Positions 14,742 to 19,476 of a DNA stretch of 19,476 bases are shown here, one piece after another (the first letter of the stretch is position 1; each line of letters begins with the position of its first letter). Below the pieces are notes generated by a model, which worked only from the letters and a program-made list of their open reading frames with translations, was not told the origin of the DNA and searched no databases. Origin of the DNA: a virus; the UHGV virus genome UHGV-0127163, one strand, 5' to 3'. A program made the translations under genes and the position numbers.

Positions 14742-15394
14742 TGAGTAATAAATATTGCCAGGCGCTGGTGGAACTACGGAACAAACCAGCCCATGAACTG
14801 AAGGAAGTGGGCGATCAGTGGCGCACGCCGGACAACATTTTCTGGGGAATTAACACCCTGTTTGGCCCGTTTGTTCTGGATCTGTTTACTGACGGTGATA
14901 ACGCCAAATGTGCCGCGTATTACACGGCGGAAGACAACGCGCTGGCACATGACTGGTCAGAACGTCTTGCGGAGCTTAAAGGTGCTGCCTTTGGTAATCC
15001 CCCGTACAGCCGCGCCAGTCAGCATGAGGGACAATACATCACCGGCATGCGTTACATCATGAAGCATGCCAGTGCCATGCGTGATAAAGGCGGGCGCTAT
15101 GTTTTCCTGATCAAAGCGGCCACCAGCGAAGTGTGGTGGCCGGAAGATGCAGATCATATTGCTTTTATTCGCGGGCGTATTGGTTTTGAACTGCCAGCCT
15201 GGTTTATCCCGAAAGACGAAAAGCAGGTGCCAACAGGTGCTTTCTTCGCTGGTGCTATTGCTGTTTTCGACAAGACCTGGAAGGGAGCGGCAATCAGCTA
15301 CATCGGGCGCGATGAACTTGAGGCATGTGGTGAGGCCTTTCTGGCGCAGGTTCGCCAGCAGGCGGAAAAACTGGTCAGGGAGATGGCGGCATGA
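14741..15394 (+). CDS. Phage DNA N6-adenine methyltransferase (Dam-like)
   Basis: Motifs DQWRTP near the N-terminus and NPPY (…FGNPPYSR…); ATG 14741 overlaps upstream stop (TAATG). Confidence 0.7.
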   Translation: MSNKYCQALVELRNKPAHELKEVGDQWRTPDNIFWGINTLFGPFVLDLFTDGDNAKCAAYYTAEDNALAHDWSERLAELKGAAFGNPPYSRASQHEGQYITGMRYIMKHASAMRDKGGRYVFLIKAATSEVWWPEDADHIAFIRGRIGFELPAWFIPKDEKQVPTGAFFAGAIAVFDKTWKGAAISYIGRDELEACGEAFLAQVRQQAEKLVREMAA

Positions 15395-15717
15395 CGACAT
15401 TAACTCAATGCCAGCAGCAGGTGCTGGATATGCTGATTTCTTATCAGAAAGAACGTGGCTTCCCGCCAACCAATCAGGAGGTGGCAACCATGCTGGGATA
15501 CCGTTCGGTGAATGCAGCGGTGGAGCATCTTCGAGCACTGGAGAAAAAAGGTGTCATCACGATAAAGCGTGGCGTGGCCCGGGGTATCACTCTTCATACC
15601 GCGGTGAAGGACGACGACAGCGAGGCGGTCGGGATTATCCGCGCCCTGCTTGCCGGTGAGGCAAACGCCAGGCTGCGTGCAGCCCACTGGTTACATGAGA
15701 GGGGCCTGAAAGTATGA
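15391..15717 (+). CDS. LexA N-terminal DNA-binding-domain paralog lacking the S24 peptidase domain
   Basis: MTTLTQCQQQVLDMLISYQKERGFPPTNQEVATMLGYRSVNAAVEHLRALEKKGVITI… closely parallels the E. coli LexA N-terminus ([58 protein letters not shown]…, recalled). Only 108 aa; the C-terminal ~40 aa has no Ser/Lys protease motifs. Confidence 0.75.
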   Translation: MTTLTQCQQQVLDMLISYQKERGFPPTNQEVATMLGYRSVNAAVEHLRALEKKGVITIKRGVARGITLHTAVKDDDSEAVGIIRALLAGEANARLRAAHWLHERGLKV

Positions 15718-16109
15718 AGCTAATACTGCCTTTTCCGCCCAGCGTGAACACGTACTGGCGACACCCTAACAAAGGGGCGTTTGCTGGTAAGAGCCTGATA
15801 AGCGCGGCGGGGCGAAAATTCCAGAGCGCGGCGTGTGCAGCAATAGTTGAGCAGTTACGTCGTCTGCCGAAACCAACGTCGGCACCTGCTTCAGTGGAGA
15901 TCGTGTTGTTTCCTCCGGATAACCGGATCCGCGATCTGGACAACTATAACAAGGCGCTGTTTGACGCCCTGACCCACGCGGGTGTGTGGGAAGACGACAG
16001 CCAGGTGAAAAGAATGCTGGTGGAGTGGGGACCGGTTATCCCGGAAGGGAAGGTCGAGATCACTATCAGTAAGTACGAAAAAGCGAGTTGCAAATTAGCA
16101 ACTCGGTAA
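15714..16109 (+). CDS. rusA: RusA-family Holliday junction resolvase
   Basis: …LPFPPSVNTYWRH… and …RDLDNYNKALFDALTHAGVWEDDSQV… match RusA conserved blocks; ATGA coupling to upstream gene. Confidence 0.8.
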   Translation: MKLILPFPPSVNTYWRHPNKGAFAGKSLISAAGRKFQSAACAAIVEQLRRLPKPTSAPASVEIVLFPPDNRIRDLDNYNKALFDALTHAGVWEDDSQVKRMLVEWGPVIPEGKVEITISKYEKASCKLATR

Positions 16110-16154
16110 CGGAATTGAGCAACACCCTAAATTTGGGTATTACCTCGTTAAAGA

Positions 16155-16174
16155 TACTGTATTTATGAACAGTG
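16155..16174. promoter_or_regulatory. LexA box (SOS box) upstream of the antirepressor gene
   Basis: TACTGTATTTATGAACAGTG fits CTGT-N8-ACAG / TACTGTATATATATACAGTA; sits in the RusA-antirepressor intergenic region, overlapping plausible promoter hexamers, ~100 bp before ATG 16272. Confidence 0.6.
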
Positions 16175-16271
16175 TATCCTTGATAACTATTAAAAATCGC
16201 AGTAAGTTCATCCTGCATCAACGAAAAGGGAGTGCAGTCCCGCTCGTGGATAAAAATTTGTGGAGAAACCA

Positions 16272-17087
16272 ATGAATCAGTTGCTTGTAATTGATGGCGT
16301 TTCTGTGCGCCAGTACTTCGAATCTAACTACTGTCTTAACGACCTTCAGAAAGCTGCTCTTCTTGCCGCTGGTGAGAATCGCTCCTCCCGTTCGCTGGAA
16401 GTTCACGAGTTTATGCGTCGTCCTGAAACGAAGGCTCTTGTGGAATTATTGGAAGAAGAAACTACGGGAGATTCCCGTAGTATTCCTGTCATCACCATTC
16501 AGGGGCGCAATGGTGGGACGTATGTCTGTAAAGAGCTGGTCTATGCATATGCAATGTGGATCAGCCCGGCATTCAGCTTAAAAGTGATACGTACTTTTGA
16601 TGCGCTTCATAATTCATCACCAGAAGAAACCACATCCGACAAAATTAAATCCGGGGTCATTCTGCTTGAATCAGCAGCAAAGACTCTAAATCTGTCAAAC
16701 TCCTCGAAACTTGGTGCATACCAGAAATTATCAAAGGTAGCTGGTCTTCCTGAACTTATGCCGATCTATGCCATTGATGCACCTGCTGATGCGCCAGATG
16801 GTTCAAGCCGCCCTACGCTGTCGCTGAGTGCACTGCTGAAGCAGTATGGTATCCGCCTGACGGCTAATCAGGCATATCACCAGATGGTGAAACTGGGGAT
16901 CGTCGAGCAGCGCGAACGATACAGCCGTACCGCGATTAACAACATCAAAAAATTCTGGTCGCTGACAGCGAAAGGCTGCATGTTCGGCAAGAACATCACC
17001 AGTCCTGCAAATCCGCGCGAGACGCAGCCGCATTTCTTCGAATCCCGATTCCCTGAGCTGTTAAAGCTGCTCGATACCGTTCACTGA
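16272..17087 (+). CDS. KilA-N domain protein, putative antirepressor
   Basis: N-terminal KilA-N/APSES-like block (…VRQYFESNYCLNDLQKAA…GTYVCKELVYAYAMWISPAF…); GGAGAA SD before ATG 16272; LexA box upstream. Confidence 0.6.
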   Translation: MNQLLVIDGVSVRQYFESNYCLNDLQKAALLAAGENRSSRSLEVHEFMRRPETKALVELLEEETTGDSRSIPVITIQGRNGGTYVCKELVYAYAMWISPAFSLKVIRTFDALHNSSPEETTSDKIKSGVILLESAAKTLNLSNSSKLGAYQKLSKVAGLPELMPIYAIDAPADAPDGSSRPTLSLSALLKQYGIRLTANQAYHQMVKLGIVEQRERYSRTAINNIKKFWSLTAKGCMFGKNITSPANPRETQPHFFESRFPELLKLLDTVH

Positions 17088-17102
17088 TGGGAGGCGTGGA
17101 GC

Positions 17103-17618
17103 ATGAGAATTACACCACCCCATCTGCAGCCAGTTTTATCCAGGGTTAAACGTTTTGTTGAACGAATGCCGGAAGGCGCAACACTGACCCAGATATCACA
17201 GAAAGTGCAGGCGTACAGTCTACTGAATAAAAGGGATAAGGAGATACTCATTGGCATTATCCGCGACAGTGGACTTCTGGTCGTTGCGAATGATGGAAGA
17301 ACTACAACGTTACATCATCCTAAATTTGGACATCAGGCAGTAAATAGTGAAATACCAGTAAAAACAGAGGAACCCGTTGTGATTAAAAAGACCGTTACTC
17401 CGGATGAATTACGCAGGCATGCTGAGGAGCTGATCAGGGCTGCGGAAGAAGCAGAGAAGAAATTTAATGATCGTGCGGAAATTAAAAAGCAACTGGATCC
17501 TCTGAAACTGGAAATCCTCCAGGCGTATGGAATGGCAAGTCGTAAATTTGATGAGTTTGTTGATGCTATGGCGGATATGGGGAAAGCGGTACAGAAACTG
17601 AAACAGATTGTGCTGTGA
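17103..17618 (+). CDS. Hypothetical phage protein (171 aa)
   Basis: GGAGG SD before ATG 17103; no domain recognised. Confidence 0.55.
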   Translation: MRITPPHLQPVLSRVKRFVERMPEGATLTQISQKVQAYSLLNKRDKEILIGIIRDSGLLVVANDGRTTTLHHPKFGHQAVNSEIPVKTEEPVVIKKTVTPDELRRHAEELIRAAEEAEKKFNDRAEIKKQLDPLKLEILQAYGMASRKFDEFVDAMADMGKAVQKLKQIVL

Positions 17619-17627
17619 GGTTCTACG

Positions 17628-18617
17628 TTGAGAGCACTACTGACCCCTGAAATTGCCCCGCGTATGGGGATCGTATTGTTCAGGCCAGGTTCAGAGCTGA
17701 TGCCCCTGTTTATGCAGGGGCGTGTCCTGCTGGAGCCTGAGCCGGAGCGTTATTCATCTTTCGCCAGTGGTGCCGTTCCGGCGGCATCACAACCGCTGGC
17801 GGATGATCCTGCCGTTCGGGCCGTGTTCCGCAATGAGGCGGTGATCCGTCGTGCTGGTGGCGTGGAATGCCTTGAGAGCTGGTTACTTCGTGAAAAGGGC
17901 TGTCAGTGGCCTCATTCCGACTGGCACAGCGAGAACATGACCACAATGCGGCACGCGCCAGGCGCAATCCGTCTGTGCTGGCACTGTGACAATCTCCTCC
18001 GTGACCAGTTCACGGAACGGCTGGAATCAATGGCAACGGATAACTGTGCCCGCTGGGTGTTGTCTGTTGTGCGCCGTGATCTTGGTTTTGATGACAGTCA
18101 CGTTGTGACAATGCCGGAACTGTGCTGGTGGCTGGTTCGTAATGACCTGGCGGATGCCTTACCGGAAAGTGCAGCCCGTAAGGTACTGAGATTACCGAAG
18201 ACGGTTGTGCCGTCTGTCACCCGGGAAAGTGACCTTGTGCCTTCGGTTCCCGCCACCAGTATTATCCGGGATAAAGCGAAAAAGGTGCTGGCGCTGAAAG
18301 TGGATCCGGAGTCGCCGGAGTCTTTTATGTTACGCCCAAAACGTCGCCGCTGGGTTAATGAAAAGTACACGCGCTGGGTTAAGACGCAGCCGTGCGCATG
18401 TTGTGGAAAACCTGCTGATGATCCCCACCACCTGATAGGTCACGGTCAGGGCGGAATGGGTACAAAAGCGCATGACCTCTTTGTGTTGCCTTTGTGCAGA
18501 AAGCATCACGACGAGCTGCATGCGGATACCGTGGCATTTGAAGAGAAGTATGGCTCCCAGCTGGAGCTGATATTTCGTTTTATCGATCGCGCGCTGGCGA
18601 TTGGTGTGCTGTCCTGA
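17628..18617 (+). CDS. DUF968-like phage protein with C-terminal Cys/His cluster
   Basis: C-terminus …CACCGKPADDPHHLIGHGQGGMGTKAHDLFVLPLCRKHHDELH… (Zn-binding-like); TTG 17628 preceded by GAGG SD; located just upstream of Q. Confidence 0.55.
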   Translation: MRALLTPEIAPRMGIVLFRPGSELMPLFMQGRVLLEPEPERYSSFASGAVPAASQPLADDPAVRAVFRNEAVIRRAGGVECLESWLLREKGCQWPHSDWHSENMTTMRHAPGAIRLCWHCDNLLRDQFTERLESMATDNCARWVLSVVRRDLGFDDSHVVTMPELCWWLVRNDLADALPESAARKVLRLPKTVVPSVTRESDLVPSVPATSIIRDKAKKVLALKVDPESPESFMLRPKRRRWVNEKYTRWVKTQPCACCGKPADDPHHLIGHGQGGMGTKAHDLFVLPLCRKHHDELHADTVAFEEKYGSQLELIFRFIDRALAIGVLS

Positions 18618-18634
18618 TTTTGTGGAGAAAGTTG

Positions 18635-19027
18635 ATGCGTGATATTCAGATGGTTCTCGAACGCTGGGGGGCATGGGCGGCAAGTGGTAACGCCGGGGTG
18701 GACTATTCTCCGATAGCTGCTGGATTTAAAGGCCTTTTACCATCCACCGCTAAACCTCGCCCGGCCTGCAGCGATGATGACGGCCTTATCATCGAAAACT
18801 GCCTTACGCGCCTGAAGAAGAAAAAACCGGACGAGTATTCGCTGCTGGTAGCTCATTATCTGCTGCGCATATCAAAAAGGCAGATTGCCAGAACAAGAAA
18901 GAAGAGCGAAAAGGCAATACGAATTGAGATGCAGATTGCTGAAGGATTTATTGACGGATGTCTGTCGATGCTGGGTGTAAGGCTGGAGATGGACGACTGG
19001 CTGCCCAAAAAAGTAAAAAATGATTAG
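18635..19027 (+). CDS. Q: Late-gene antiterminator Q-like protein
   Basis: 130 aa from ATG 18635 (GGAGA SD); N-terminus MRDIQMVLERWGAWAA… resembles Q proteins of the phage-82/933W group as recalled; immediately followed by a promoter-proximal terminator (tR' arrangement). Confidence 0.6.
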   Translation: MRDIQMVLERWGAWAASGNAGVDYSPIAAGFKGLLPSTAKPRPACSDDDGLIIENCLTRLKKKKPDEYSLLVAHYLLRISKRQIARTRKKSEKAIRIEMQIAEGFIDGCLSMLGVRLEMDDWLPKKVKND

Positions 19028-19087
19028 CGCGGTCCGCAAAAAGTATGTCAGTATGTTAAGAGTGGTTACTACGCCACACAGCTTAAA

Positions 19088-19109
19088 CCCGCCGCCTGGC
19101 GGGTTTTTT
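19088..19109 (+). terminator. tR'-like Rho-independent terminator downstream of Q
   Basis: CCCGCC-gcct-GGCGGG followed by TTTTTT (19104-19109). Confidence 0.7.
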
Positions 19110-19228
19110 ATGACTGAAATCGCATCAGTACAGTAAACGTGCTGGTGGTGAATACCTGTCTTTCAGCTTGCTGGCTTTTTAGACAAGAGTTATTGGTATG
19201 TCACGTTAACCGGAAAAGGGAAAAAGAC

Positions 19229-19426
19229 ATGCTAAAACAGCAGGATATGACAGAAACCGCCAGAGTGGTGTTTAATGAATTAAGCGTCACCTACCCGGCG
19301 ACAGTCGGGGAGATTGCGCAGAATACTTACCTTTCACGCGAACGCTGCCAGTTAATACTGACCCAGCTGGTTATGGCGGGTCTGGCAGACTATCAGTTCG
19401 GTTGTTACAGACGCCTTCCGCAGTGA
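19229..19426 (+). CDS. Small hypothetical protein (65 aa), possible winged-helix fold, downstream of tR'
   Basis: ATG 19229 (MLKQQDMTETARVVFNELSVTYPATVGEIAQNTYLSRERCQLILTQLVMAGLADYQFGCYRRLPQ); the ORF-track start at 19139 is less likely. Weak SD. Followed by its own terminator. Confidence 0.45.
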   Translation: MLKQQDMTETARVVFNELSVTYPATVGEIAQNTYLSRERCQLILTQLVMAGLADYQFGCYRRLPQ

Positions 19427-19436
19427 AGGCTTTTTT
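19413..19436 (+). terminator. Rho-independent terminator after the small post-Q gene
   Basis: GCCTTC-cgcagt-GAAGGC followed by TTTTTT (19431-19436); stem overlaps the stop codon. Confidence 0.6.
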
Positions 19437-19476
19437 ATTTGTGGTAAATGGGCGGCTGGTGGGTGTGGTGGTTGTT

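Larger units (their letters stand above)
698..19476. mobile_element. Lambdoid prophage, left arm: attL, int-xis, early-left operon, immunity region, early-right operon, Q; continues beyond window end
   Basis: Gene order and orientation int/xis (-), early-left genes (-), cI (-), cro (+), replication and nin-like genes (+), Q (+) with tR'-like terminator; abrupt junction with host MerR gene at the left. Confidence 0.85.

Noticed and set aside
19028-19476. Shiga toxin or other toxin cargo and tRNA genes downstream of Q
   Set aside because: Only a 65-aa ORF and terminators are present before the window ends; nothing resembling stxA/stxB or a tRNA.
1-19476. CRISPR array or other multi-copy interspaced repeats
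   Set aside because: No regularly spaced direct repeats of 25-40 bp seen; the only tandem repeats are the 12-bp units at 13815-13850 and the 33-bp duplication at 3120-3186.

Overview
This window is the left boundary and early region of an integrated lambdoid prophage in an enterobacterial (E. coli-like) chromosome. Positions 1-~770 are host DNA: a MerR-family regulator gene (MlrA/YehV-like) whose 5' end is interrupted by the insertion. From ~772 onward the prophage runs: integrase and excisionase; a leftward early operon (Ea22-like, PD-(D/E)xK-like, PAPS-reductase-like, HD hydrolase, RdgC-like); a ~580 bp non-coding, highly structured leader; a low-GC ParA/MinD-type ATPase gene with its own terminator at the position lambda uses for rexAB; the immunity region (LexA-like S24 cI repressor, divergent Cro-like gene, 13-bp operator repeats); a rightward operon (Rha, DnaT-like replication protein, phage Dam methyltransferase, a LexA DNA-binding-domain-only protein, RusA, a LexA-box-controlled KilA-N antirepressor, DUF968-like protein, Q-like antiterminator); then a tR'-like terminator and a small terminator-flanked cargo gene. 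No N-type antiterminator gene and no toxin genes are recognisable. The candidates most worth follow-up are the orphan ParA-like ATPase moron, the structured boxA-containing leader upstream of the early-left genes, the truncated LexA paralog next to a LexA-box antirepressor, and a gene split across two frames at a G6 run with canonical -1 frameshift heptamer geometry. All calls rest on reading the six-frame translations and the DNA by eye; no database search or folding computation was run.
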